A model generated the notes under the pieces. That model worked only from the letters and a program-made list of their open reading frames with translations. It did not search any database and was not told where the DNA came from. 64,000 nt of DNA from Mustelus asterias. Its lineage: Eukaryota. This document shows positions 1 to 11,900 of this stretch, piece after piece (the stretch's first letter is position 1; every line of letters starts with the position of its first letter). The translations under genes and the position numbers were made by a program. The stretch lies in contig NW_027590890.1 of the NCBI RefSeq assembly GCF_964213995.1, positions 1 through 64,000 of the forward strand, in the 5' to 3' direction.

Positions 1-3000
1 GTGTGTTGGGGGGGGTCGTGTGTGTGTGTTGGGGGGGTCGTGTGTGTGTGTTGGGGGGGGTCGTGTGTGTGTGNNNNNNNNNNNNNNNNNNNNNNNNNNN
101 NNNNNNNNNNNNNNNNNNNNNNNNNNNNNNNNNNNNNNNNNNNNNNNNNNNNNNNNNNNNNNNNNNNNNNNNNNNNNNNNNNNNNNNNNNNNNNNNNNNN
201 NNNNNNNNNNNNNNNNNNNNNNNNNNNNNNNNNNNNNNNNNNNNNNNNNNNNNNNNNNNNNNNNNNNNNNNNNNNNNNNNNNNNNNNNNNNNNNNNNNNN
301 NNNNNNNNNNNNNNNNNNNNNNNNNNNNNNNNNNNNNNNNNNNNNNNNNNNNNNNNNNNNNNNNNNNNNNNNNNNNNNNNNNNNNNNNNNNNNNNNNNNN
401 NNNNNNNNNNNNNNNNNNNNGGGGGGGGGTCGTGTGTGTGTNNNNNNNNNNNNNNNNNNNNNNNNNNNNNNNNNNNNNNNNNNNNNNNNNNNNNNNNNNN
501 NNNNNNNNNNNNNNNNNNNNNNNNNNNNNNNNNNNNNNNNNNNNNNNNNNNNNNNNNNNNNNNNNNNNNNNNNNNNNNNNNNNNNNNNNNNNNNNNNTCG
601 GGGGGGTCGTGTGTGTGTNNNNNNNNNNNNNNNNNNNNNNNNNNNNNNNNNNNNNNNNNNNNNNNNNNNNNNNNNNNNNNNNNNNNNNNNNNNNNNNNNN
701 NNNNNNNNNNNNNNNNNNNNNNNNNNNNNNNNNNNNNNNNNNNNNNNNNNNNNNNNGGGGGGGGGTCGTGTGTGTGTGTGTGTCGGGGGGGGGTCGTGTG
801 TGTGTGTGTTGGGGGGGGGTCGTGTGTGTGTGTGTTGGGGGGGGTCGTGTGTGTGTGTGTTGGGGGGGTCGTGTGTGTGTGTGTTGGGGGGGGTCGTGTG
901 TGTGTGTGTTGGGGGGGGGTCGTGTGTGTGTGTTGGGGGGGGGTCGTGTGTGTGTGTCGGGGGGGGGTCGTGTGTGTGTGTGTGTCGGGGGGGTCGTGTG
1001 TGTGTGTGTTGGGGGGGGGTCGTGTGTGTGTNNNNNNNNNNNNNNNNNNNNNNNNNNNNNNNNNNNNNNNNNNNNNNNNNNNNNNNNNNNNNNNNNNNNN
1101 NNNNNNNNNNNNNNNNNNNNNNNNNNNNNNNNNNNNNNNNNNNNNNNNNNNNNNNNNNNNNNNNNNNGGGGGGGGGTCGTGTGTGTGTGTGTGTCGGGGG
1201 GGTCGTGTGTGTGTGTGTTGGGGGGGGTCGTGTGTGTGTNNNNNNNNNNNNNNNNNNNNNNNNNNNNNNNNNNNNNNNNNNNNNNNNNNNNNNNNNNNNN
1301 NNNNNNNNNNNNNNNNNNNNNNNNNNNNNNNNNNNNNNNNNNNNNNNNNNNNNNNNNNNNNNNNNNNNNNNNNNNNNNNNNNNNNNNNNNNNNNNNNNNN
1401 NNNNNNNNNNNNNNNNNNNNNNNNNNNNNNNNNNNNNNNNNNNNNNTCGGGGGGGGGTCGTGTGTGTGTGTGTCGGGGGGGGGTCGTGTGTGTGTGTTGG
1501 GGGGGGGTCGTGTGTGTGTGTGTTGGGGGGGGTCGTGTGTGTGTGTGTCGGGGGGGGGTCGTGTGTGTGTGTTGGGGGGGGGTCGTGTGTGTGTGTGTCG
1601 GGGGGGTCGTGTGTGTGTGTGTCGGGGGGGGGTCGTGTGTGTGTGTTGGGGGGGGTCGTGTGTGTGTGTGTGTCGGGGGGGTCGTGTGTGTGTGTATTGG
1701 GGGGTTCGTGTGTGTGTGTCGGGGGGGTCGTGTGTGTGTGTGTTGGGGGGGGGTCGTGTGTGTGTGTGTTGGGGGGGGTCGTGTGTGTGTGTGTGGGGGG
1801 GGGTCGTGTGTGTGTNNNNNNNNNNNNNNNNNNNNNNNNNNNNNNNNNNNNNNNNNNNNNNNNNNNNNNNNNNNNNNNNNNNNNNNNNNNNNNNNNNNNN
1901 NNNNNNNNNNNNNNNNNNNNNNNNNNNNNNNNNNNNNNNNNNNNNNNNNNNNNNNNNNNNNNNNNNNNNNNNNNNNNNNNNNNNNNNNNNNNNNNNNNNN
2001 NNNNNNNNNNNNNNNNNNNNNNNNNNNNNNNNNNNNNNNNNNNNNNNNNNNNNNNNNNNNNNNNNNNNNNNNNNNNNNNNNNNNNNNNNNNNNNNNNNNN
2101 NNNNNNNNNNNNNNNNNNNNNNNNNNNNNNNNNNNNNNNNNNNNNNNNNNNGTGTCGGGGGGGTCGTGTGTGTGTGTGTTGGGGGGGGTCGTGTGTGTGT
2201 GTGTTGGGGGGGGGTCGTGTGTGTGTGTGTCGGGGGGGTCGTGTGTGTGTGTGTTGGGGGGGGTCGTGTGTGTGTGTGTCGGGGGGGTCGTGTGTGTGTG
2301 TGTTGGGGGGGGTCGTGTGTGTGTGTGTTGGGGGGGGGTCGTGTGTGTGTNNNNNNNNNNNNNNNNNNNNNNNNNNNNNNNNNNNNNNNNNNNNNNNNNN
2401 NNNNNNNNNNNNNNNNNNNNNNNNNNNNNNNNNNNNNNNNNNNNNNNNNNNNNNNNNNNNNNNNNNNNNNNNNNNNNNTCGGGGGGGTCGTGTGTGTGTG
2501 TGTCGGGGGGGGTGTCGTGTGTGTGTGTGTTGGGGGGGGTCGTGTGTGTGTGTGTTGGGGGGGGTCGTGTGTGTGTGTGTGTCGGGGGGTCGTGTGTGTG
2601 TGTGTTGGGGGGGGTCGTGTGTGNNNNNNNNNNNNNNNNNNNNNNNNNNNNNNNNNNNNNNNNNNNNNNNNNNNNNNNNNNNNNNNNNNNNNNNNNNNNN
2701 NNNNNNNNNNNNNNNNNNNNNNNNNNNNNNNNNNNNNNNNNNNNNNNNNNNNNNNNNNNNNNNNNNNNNNNNNNNNNNNNNNNNNNNNNNNNNNNNNNNN
2801 NNNNNNNNNNNNNNNNNNNNNNNNNNNNNNNNNNNNNNNNNNNNNNNNNNNNNNNNNNNNNNNNNNNNNNNNNNNNNNNNNNNNNNNNNNNNNNNNNNNN
2901 NNNNNNNNNNNNNNNNNNNNNNNNNNNNNNNNNNNNNNNNNNNNNNNNGGGGGTCGTGTGTGTGTGTCGGGGGGGGTCGTGTGTGTGTGTCGGGGGGGGT

Positions 3001-3026
3001 CGTGTGTGTGTGTCGGGGGGGGGGGT
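1..3026. repeat. Composite (G)n-TC-(GT)n satellite, ~22-24 bp unit, interrupted by many N gaps
   Basis: Repeating GGGGGGGTCGTGTGTGTGTGT(T/C). The three 1000-aa ORFs here are artefacts of low complexity plus Ns. Confidence 0.95.
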
Positions 3027-3754
3027 TGTCTCAGTGTTGGAGGTGGGAGTCAGGATAACATTGTTGCCCTCTGCCAATATGGTTCACAAATATAGATCCG
3101 GTGACGCGGGATGTTACGGCATTGCCCTCTGTGGGATCTTGCTGTGTATCGCAATGTTTACCAGCCACATTTCTGGGATCTTCCTTTGTAAGTCTTCGCC
3201 GCACCCTCCCCAGTGTTTGGATAACCCTTCAATAACGTGGCGACCAGAATTGTGTACAGTTCTCCCCAGTGTGGTCTGAACAAGATTCAACACAGGTTTA
3301 ACATGAAGTACAACTTGGTGTTTTACAGCAAGAAAGAGGCCCTTCTGCCCATCGAGTATGTGCTGGCCCATCGAGCACCGATCTGTTCTCAGCCCATTTT
3401 CCAGCACTTCTTAAATGTTGAGTGTTCCCACCTCTATCACTCTTTCAGGCAGCAAGTTTCAGATTCCCATCACCCTCTGGCTCAAAGAGTTTTTCCCAAA
3501 TCTCCTGCCCCCGATCTGTAAATCTGTGATTCCTCTACCAAGGGGAATGGTTCCTTCCTATCTCTGTCCCTCCTGATTTTTTACACCTCAACAGGTTCTC
3601 CCCGCCTGCCCTCCACCGAGGTGCCTGCCTTGAATTGGGCTCGTCAGCGATGCCACTGCAGTCGAATAGCTCACCTGTTCTGTAATACTGGCTGGAGAGG
3701 CAGGTGAATACGCTTTAACCCAGTCACTTTCTCACTCAGACACATCGGAGGAGG

Positions 3755-3927
3755 ATGAGGGAGGAGATTGGAGCCGGAGTGGTCTTCCTGGTGCGCTTGG
3801 TCAGCAGACGGAGTGATCTGCAACCGGATAAGATTGAGGAGTTTGGGGAGAAACTGCGGGAGGTGCTACGCCAGAGATACCTGGGGCATTGGTACCCAGC
3901 CAATCCCAGCAAAGGACAGGCGTACAG
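3755..3927 (+). CDS. BTG/Tob family (BTG3/BTG4-like) gene, coding exon 1
   Basis: ATG at 3755 gives MREEIGAGVVFLVRLVSRRSDLQPDKIEEFGEKLREVLRQRYLGHWYPANPSKGQAY(R), containing the BTG HW-P--PSKGQAYR motif. 173 nt, donor AG|GTAACC, upstream acceptor ctcactcag at 3738-3739 (a 5' UTR exon lies further upstream). Confidence 0.93.
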
Positions 3928-4121
3928 GTAACCAATCAGCAGAGCTGCTCACTATGTTGACCTCTCTCTGTGATGTGATATTCTGGCCATTCGGCCCCTC
4001 TGCTCCAGGCTGGCATTCCTGCCCCACACCAGCCTCTTCCCACCCCCCTCTCCATCTCCAGCCACCCCTCCCCCCCCCCCCACCCAATCACCATATCTGT
4101 CATGGGAACAGTATGAATATT

Positions 4122-5075
4122 GGGTCAGTGCTGAGGGAGTGCCGCACTGTCAGAGGGTCAGTACTGAGGGAGTGCCGCACTGTCAGAGGGTCAGTGCTGA
4201 GGGAGTGCCGCATTGTCAGAGGGTCAGTGCTGAGGGAGTGCCGCACTGTCAGAGGGTCAGTGCTGAGGGAGTGCCGCACTGTCAGAGGGTCAGTGCTGAG
4301 GGAGTGCCGCACTGTCAGAGGGTCAGTACTGAGGGAGTGCCGCACTGTCAGAGGGTCAGTACTGAGGGAGTGCCGCACTGTCAGAGGGTCAGTGCTGAGG
4401 GAGTGCCGCAGTGTCAGAGGGTCAGTACTGAGGGAGTGCCACACTGTCAGAGGGTCAGTACTGAGGGAGTGCCGCACTATCAGAGGGTCAGTGCTGAGGG
4501 AGTGCCGCACTGTCAGAGGGTCAGTGCTGAGGGAGTGCCGCACTGTCAGGGGGTCAGTGCTGAGGGAGTGCCGCACTGTCAGAGGGTCAGTACTGAGGGA
4601 GTGCCGCACTGTCAGAGGGTCAGTACTGAGGGAGTGCCGCACTGTCAGAGGGTCAGTACTGAGGGAGTGCCGCACTGTCAGAGGGTCAGTACTGAGGGAG
4701 TGCCGCACTGTCAGAAGGTCAGTACTGAGGGAGTGCCGCACTGTCAGAGGGTCAGTACGGAGGGAGTGCCGCACTGTCAGAGTGTCAGTGCTGAGGGAGT
4801 GCCGCACTGTCAGAGGGTCAGTGCTGAGGGAGTGCCGCACTGTCAGAGGGTCAGTACTGAGGGAGTGCCGCACTGTCAGAGGGTCAGTACTGAGGGAGTG
4901 CCGCACTGTCAGAGGGTCAGTACTGAGGGAGTGCCGCACTGTCAGTGGGTCAGTACTGAGGGAGTGCCGCACTGTCAGAGGGTCAGTACTGAGGGAGTGC
5001 CGCACTGTCAGTGGGTCAGTACTGAGGGAGTGCCGCAGTGTCAGAGGGTCAGTGCTGAGGGAGTGCCGCACTGTC
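4122..5075 (+). repeat. 33-bp minisatellite (~29 copies) expanded from a Deu-domain SINE body
   Basis: Unit GGGTCAGTRCTGAGGGAGTGCCGCACTGTCAGA. The last unit runs directly into SINE sequence. Confidence 0.95.
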
Positions 5076-5395
5076 GGAGATGCTGCCTTTCAGGATGATC
5101 CATTAAACCATCCTCTCTCGGGATGGATGTGAAAGAATTATTTGTTAGAACAAGGGTGGGGGTGAGTGGGGTGGAGTTCTCTTCAGCGTCCAGGGGCCAA
5201 TATTTATCCTTCAGTAAAAAAAATTAATTGATATGCTTTATCATCACAGTGCTGTCTGTGGGATCTTGCTGTGCACAAGTTGGCTGCTGTTTTTCCCACA
5301 ACGGTGACCATACTCCCCCCAAAAAATCTTTCCTTGTCTGTGAAACACTTTGGGTGGTCCTGTGTTCGGATAGGCGCTATCGAAATGCAGCTCTG
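5076..5395 (+). mobile_element. Deu-domain SINE (SacSINE1/AmnSINE-like) remnant
   Basis: GGATGTGAAAGA...GCCAATATTTATCC...TGCTGTCTGTGGGATCTTGCTGTGCACAAGTTGGCTGC matches my recollection of the Deu core. Related pieces lie at ~3060-3200 and ~14040-14300. Confidence 0.7.
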
Positions 5396-5710
5396 CCCTT
5401 TGGCAGTTGTCCCTCGTGCTGTGCTTCGCCCTCAATGTGGTTGCGCTGCGCCATCTACTGGCGGTGCCCGTTATTACAGGAAACAAAAAGTAACAACAAC
5501 TTGCATTTATATAGCACTGAACCAAAAGCAAAATATTGGCTGCTGGGAACCTGAAATTTAAACAGAAAATGCTGGATAGAATTTTTGCAGCATTTTCTGT
5601 CTGTGTTTATACATTGCCATTTATATTGTAAAGGTGTTTCTGTGTTTGAGGATTTTGAGTCAGAATGTCAGCCTCGTAGTCAGAATTGGAGGAGTGCAGT
5701 GATCTGGCAG

Positions 5711-7557
5711 TGTTGGAGGAGGTTACAGTGATAGGGACGGTTGTCGGGGCTGGAGGAGGTTACAAGAGATAGGGAGGGGTGTAGGGGCTGGAGATTACAG
5801 AGGGAGGGTTGTTGGAGCTACAGGAGGTTACAGAGATAGGGAAGGTTGTAGGGACTGGAGGAGGTTATGGAGATGGGGAGAAGGAGTGGGGCTGGCAGAG
5901 GTTACAGAGATAGGGACAGTTGTAGGGGTTGGAGGAGGTTACAGAGATAGGGAGGGTTGTAGGGGCTGCAGGAGGTTATGGAGATAGGGTTGTCGGGGCT
6001 GGAGAAGGTTACAGTGATAGGGCGGGGTGTAGGGGCTGAAGGCGGTTACAGTGATGGGGGGGTGTAGGGGCTGGCAGAGGTTACAGCGAGGGGGGTGTAG
6101 GGGCTGGAGGGGGTTAGAGATAGGGAGGGTTTTGGGGCTGCAGGAGGTTATGGAGATAGGGAGGAGGAGTGGGGCTGGCAGAGGTTACAGAGATGGGGAG
6201 GGTTGTAGGGTTTGGAGGAGGTTATGGAGATAGGGTTGTCGGGGCTGGAGAAGGTTACAGAGATAGGGTGGGGTGTAGGGGCTGGAGAAGGTTAGAGATA
6301 GGGAAGAGTGTAGGGGCTGGAGGAGGTTTCAGAGATGAGGGTTGTCGGCGCTGGAGGAGGTTACATAGATAGAAATCATAGAACTCATAGAAACCCTACA
6401 GTGCAGAAGGAGGCCATTCGGCCCATCGAGTCTGCACCGACCACAATCCCACCCAGGCCCTACCCCCACATATTTTACCCGCTAATCCCTCTAACCTACG
6501 CATCCCAGGACTCTAAGGGGCAATTTTTAACCTGGCCAATCACCCTAACCCGCACATCTTTGGACTGTGGGAGGAAACCGGAGCACCCGGAGGAAACCCA
6601 CGCAGACACGAGGAGAATGTACAAACTCCACACAGACAGTGACCCGAGCCGGGAATCGAACCCGGGACCCTGGAGCTGTGAAGCAGCAGTGCTAACCACT
6701 GTGCTACCGGGCCGCCATAAGGTTAGAGATAGGGAGGGGTTGTAGGGGCTGGAGGAGGTTACAGAGATAGGGGTGTAGGGGCTGGAGGGGGTTACAGAGA
6801 TAGGGAAGGTTGTAGGGGCTGGAGGAGGTTACGGAGATATGGAGGGGTGTAGGAGCTGGAGGAGGTTACAACAATAGGGAGGGGTGTAGGGGCTGGAAGA
6901 GGTTACAGAGATAGGGGTGTAGGGGCTGGAGGGGGTTACAGAGATAGGGAAGGTTGTAGGGGCTGGAGGAGGTTACGGAGATATGGAGGGGTGTAAGAGC
7001 TGGAGGAGGTTACAGAGATGGGGAGGGTTGTAGGTGCTGGAAGAGGTTATGGAGATAGGGAGGGTTGTAGGGGCTGGCAGAGGTTACAGGGATAGGGAGG
7101 GTTGTAGGGATTGGAGGAGGTTATGGAGATAGGGTTGTCGGGGCTGGAGAAGGTTACAGAGATGGGGGAGGTGTCGGGGCTGGGGGAGGTTAGAGATCGG
7201 GACGGGATGAAGTTACAGAGATTGGGAGGGTTGTCGGGTCTGGAGGAGGTTACAGATAGGGAGGGGTGTTGGGGCTGGAGGAGGTTACAGAGATAGGGAG
7301 GGGTGTTGGGGCTGGAGGAGGTTACAGAGATCGGGAGGGTTGTAGGGGTTGCAGGAGGTTACAGAGATAGGGAGGGGTGTTGGGGCTGGAGGAGGTTACA
7401 GAGATAGGGAGGGTTGTAGGGGCTGGAGGAGGTTACAGAGATAGGGAGGGGTGTTGGGGCTGGAGGAGGTTACAGAGATAGGGAGGGGTGTTGGGGCTGG
7501 AGGAGGTTACAGAGATAGGGAGGGGTGTTGGGGCTGGAGGATGTTACGGAGATAGGT
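5711..7557 (-). repeat. ~37-bp G-rich minisatellite (L2-derived, antisense copy) with a SINE inserted
   Basis: Unit GGAGGAGGTTACAGAGATAGGGAGGG(G/T)TGTAGGGGCT, the reverse complement of the 8935-13840 array. Confidence 0.93.
6370..6716 (-). mobile_element. HE1-like tRNA-derived SINE
   Basis: Reverse-strand A box (GTGGTTAGCACTG), B box (GGTTCGATTCC) and CR1-like tail ending in (TTCTATGA)n. Confidence 0.9.
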
Positions 7558-7721
7558 AGTTAGTGAGGAGTAATTTGACAGATTTTGAGTGGAGGTTGGA
7601 TTAGGAGCTGCTGTTAATTGGTGAGTGACTTGGGGGGGTGAAAGGTTAATTTGGGGTGAGTTTGGAAATGCGACAATAATGTTGAATATTCCATCAGTTT
7701 ATTTTTCCTTCTTCCTGATAG

Positions 7722-7859
7722 GTGCATTCGGATAAACAGGAAACAGAAAATAGACCCCACACTGCTCCTGGCATGTCAGGACTGTGAGCTGGACTATAAT
7801 CAACTGAAACTTCCCAAGGAGATTACGCTGTGGATCGATCCCAGAGAGGTGTGGTGTCG
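7722..7859 (+). CDS. BTG3/BTG4-like gene, coding exon 2
   Basis: ttcctgatag| CIRINRKQKIDPTLLLACQDCELDYNQLKLPKEITLWIDPREVWC(R) |gtgagt. Carries Box A end CIRIN and Box B LPKE-TLW-DP. 138 nt, phase 2-2. Confidence 0.95.
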
Positions 7860-7959
7860 GTGAGTCTACACACAGATCGATTAGCAACAGAGACCGACAC
7901 AGGGGCTTGTCTACAATCAACCCCAGTCTCAGTCTCGGGTCCAGTTCTGACCTCAATTC

Positions 7960-8350
7960 TCTTTGGGAAGAACGTCAGGACCTTGGAGAGGGAGATTTAC
8001 CAGAACATTCCCAGGGATGAGGGGGCTTCAGTTCACGCGGAGAGACGGGGAGAAGCTGGGATCGCTCCCCTCGGAGCGGAGAAGGTTCAGGGGGAGATTG
8101 AATCGAGGCGTTCAGAATCACGAGGGGGAGGGAGGGGGTTTGGATGGAGTGAATGAGGAGAAAGTGTTTCCAGTGACAGGAGGCTCGGTAACCAGGGGGG
8201 ACACAGATTGAAGAGAATCGGGGAAAGAACCAGAGCGGGGGGGAGATGAGGGGAATTTTATTTTGGACACACAGCGAGTTGTTGTGATCTGGAAGGCGCT
8301 GCCTGACAGGGCGGTGGAAGCAGATTCAACAGGAACTTTCAAAAGGGGGG
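7960..8350 (+). mobile_element. Degenerate CR1 3' fragment
   Basis: Remnant ...QRVVVIWKALPDRAVEADSTGTFKR of the ORF2 C-terminus. Confidence 0.7.
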
Positions 8351-8542
8351 ATAGGGTCTCGGTGTCTCTCGCCCTCGTGCCCATGCGCATGCTGGATCAC
8401 GGTTTGGGGGCCAGACGCACTCAGTCTCTCATTCTCCGTGTAGTGAACTTCTCTGCGCTGTGTGTGGTGTTCGTGCGGGCGGCTGTTTTGTCACGACCCT
8501 GTCTGAGGTTCACACTCAGTCTGGTTTTCTGAATCGCTGTAG

Positions 8543-8753
8543 GTCTGGAGAGGGCAGTCAACCCTTCACCGTGGCTGAGTTTGAAGAGGACTCCAGGAAG
8601 CCGGGATCGCTGGACTCTGAGCAGAGCAGTGAAGTGTCATCGGGGGCCAGCACGTCCGATTACCACTCAGACACCTCGTCAGACGATGAGGAACGTATCA
8701 AGGGACAAACAACCAAGGAGCCGACGGCAAAAGCTGCTGCCTCTCATCACAGG
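8543..8753 (+). CDS. BTG3/BTG4-like gene, coding exon 3
   Basis: ctgtag| SGEGSQPFTVAEFEEDSRKPGSLDSEQSSEVSSGASTSDYHSDTSSDDEERIKGQTTKEPTAKAAASHHR |gtgagt. PFTVA and SDYHS--SSD-E resemble BTG4/BTG3. 211 nt, phase 2-0. Confidence 0.92.
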
Positions 8754-8934
8754 GTGAGTGACAGGAATATCGAGTATCTGGGCTGGAGGTCAGGGGGAGG
8801 TCAGAATGAACAAACTCTCAGCCACATTCACCACTCAATTAAACCTCCAACTGCCCCCATTACCCAGCCCGAACTGAGACCCATTCAACCATCTCCACTT
8901 GTCACGCACTGACCCCACACTGACCTCCCGGTTC

Positions 8935-11900
8935 CAGCAACCCTATCTCTGCAACCTCCTCCAGCCCCTACACCCCTCCCTATCTCTGTAACCTCCTCCA
9001 GCCCCGACACCCCTCCCTATCTCTGTAACCTCCTCCAGCCCCGACACCCCTCCCTATTTCTGCAACCTCCTCCAGTCCCTACACCCTCCCTATTTCTGTA
9101 ACCTCCTCCAGCCCCGACACCCCTCCCTATCTCTGTAACCTCCTCCAGCCCCGACACCCCTCCCTATTTCTGCAACCTCCTCCAGTCCCTACACCCTCCC
9201 TATTTCTGTAACCTCCTCCAGCCCCGACACCCCTCCCTATCTCTGTAACCTCCTCCAGACCCTACACCCCTCCCAATCTCTGTAACCTCCTTCAGCCCCG
9301 ACACCCCTCCCTATCTCTGTAACCTCCTCCAGCCCCGACACCCCTCCCTATTTCTGTAACCTCCTCCAGCCCCTACACCCCTCCCTATCTCTGTAACCTC
9401 CTCCAGCCCCGACACCCCTCCCTATTTCTGTAACCTCCTCCAGCCCCGACACCCCTCCCTATCTCTGTAACCTCCTCCAGCCCCGACACCCCTCCCTACT
9501 TCTGTAACCTCCTCCAGCCCCGACACCGCTCCCTATCTCTGTAACCTCCTCCAGCCCCTACACCCCTCCCTATCTCTGTAACCTCCTCCAGCCCCGACAC
9601 CCCTCCCTATTTCTGTAACCCCCTCCAGCCCCTCCCTACTTCTGTAACCTCCTCCAGCCCCTACACCCCTCCCTATTTCTGTAACCTCCTCCAGCCCCTA
9701 CACCCCTCCCTATCTCTGTAACCTCCTCCAGCCCCGACACCCCTCCCTATTTCTGTAACCCCCTCCAGCCCCTCCCTACTTCTGTAACCTCCTCCAGCCC
9801 CTACACCCCTCCCTATCTCTGTAACCTCCTCCAGCCCCTACACCCCTCCCTATTTCTGTAACCTCCTCCAGCCCCTACAACCCTCCCTAGCTCTGTAACC
9901 TCCTCCAGCCCCTACAACCCTCCCTATCTCTGTAACCTCCTCCAGCCCCTACAACCCTCCCTATCTCTGTAACCTCCTCCAGCCCCTACATCCCTCCCTA
10001 GCTCTATAACCTCCTCCAGCCCCTCCCTATTTCTGTAACCTCCTCCAGCCCCGACACCCCTCCCTATCTCTGTAACCTCCTCCAGCCCCTACACACCTCC
10101 CTATCTCTGTAACCTCCTCCAGCCCCAACACCCCTCCCTACTTCTGTAACCTCCTCCAGCCCCTACACCCCTCCCTATCTCTGTAACCTCCTCCAGCCCC
10201 TACACCCCTCCCTATCTCTGTAACCTCCTCCAGCCCCTACACCCCTCCCTATTTCTGTAACCTCCTCCATCCCCTACACCCCTCCCTATTTCTGTAACCT
10301 CCTCCAGCCCCTACAACCCTCCCTATTTCTGTAACCTCCTCCAGCCCCTACAACCCTCCCTAGCTCTATAACCTCCTCCAGCCCCTCCCTATTTCTGTAA
10401 CCTCCTCCAGCCCCTACACCCCTCCCTATCTCTGTAACCTCCTCCAGCCCCTACACCCCTCCCTATTTCTGTAACCTCCTCCAGCCCCTACAATCCTCCC
10501 TAGCTCTATAACCTCCTCCAGCCCCTACAACCCTCCCTATTTCTGTAACCTCCTCCAGCCCCTACAACCCTCCCTAGCTCTATAACCTCCTCCAGCCCCT
10601 CCAGCCCCTCCCTATTTATGTAACCTCCTCCAGCCCCTACACCCCTCCCTATCTCTGTAACCTCCTCCAGCCCCGACACCCCTCCCTATTTCTGTAACCT
10701 CCTCCAGCCCCTACACCCCTCCCTATCTCTGTAACCTCCTCCAGCCCCGACACCCCTCCCTATTTCTGTAACCCCCTCCAGCCCCTCCCTACTTCTGTAA
10801 CCTCCTCCAGCCCCTACACCCCTCCCTATCTCTGTAACCTCCTCCAGCCCCTACACCCCTCCCTATTTCTGTAACCTCCTCCAGCCCCTACACCCCTCCC
10901 TATTTCTGTAACCTCCTCCAGCTCCTACAACCCTCCCTATCTCTGTAACCTCCTCCAGCCCCTACACCCCTCCCTATCTCCGTAACCCCCTCCAGCCCCT
11001 ACACCCCTCCCTATCTCTGTAACCTCCTCCAGCCCCTGCAACCCTCCCTAGCTCTATAACCTCCTCCAGCCCCTACAACCCTCCCTATTTCTGTAACCTC
11101 CTCCAGCCCCGACACCCCTCCCTATCTCTGTAACCTCCTCCAGCCCCGACACCCCTCCCTATCTCTGTAACCTCCTCCAGCCCCGACACCCCTCCCTATC
11201 TCTGTAACCTCCTCCAGCCCCGACACCCCTCCCTATCTCTGTAACCTCCTCCAGCCCCGACACCCCTCCCTATCTCTGTAACCTCCTCCAGCCCCGACAC
11301 CCCTCCCTATTTCTGCAACCTCCTCCAGTCCCTACACCCTCCCTATTTCTGTAACCTCCTCCAGCCCCGACACCCCTCCCTATCTCTGTAACCTCCTCCA
11401 GCCCCGACACCCCTCCCTATTTCTGCAACCTCCTCCAGACCCTACACCCCTCCCTATCTCTGTAATCTCCTCCAGCCCCGACACCCCTCCCTATCTTTGT
11501 AACCACCTCCAGCCCCGACACCCCTCCCTATTTCTGTAACCTCCTCCAGCCCCTACACCCCTCCCTATCTCTGTAACCTCCTCCAGCCCCGACACCCCTC
11601 CCTATTTCTGTAACCCCCTCCAGCCCCTCCCTACTTCTGTAACCTCCTCCAGCCCCTACACCCCTCCCTATCTCTGTAACCTCCTCCAGCCCCTACACCC
11701 CTCCCTATCTCTGTAACCTCCTCCAGCCCCGACACCCCTCCCTATTTCTGTAACCCCCTCCAGCCCCTTCCTACTTCTGTAACCTCCTCCAGCCCCTACA
11801 CCCCTCCCTATTTCTGTAACCTCCTCCAGCCCCTACACCCCTCCCTATCTCTGTAACCTCCTCCAGCCCCGACACCCCTCCCTATTTCTGTAACCCCCTC

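Noticed and set aside
1-3279. Three >1000-aa Gly/Val/Cys ORFs
   Set aside because: Stop-free satellite plus N gaps; not coding.
3768-5132. 454-aa RGSVLRECRTV repeat protein
   Set aside because: Translation of a 33-bp intronic minisatellite. The real exon is in another frame and ends at 3927.
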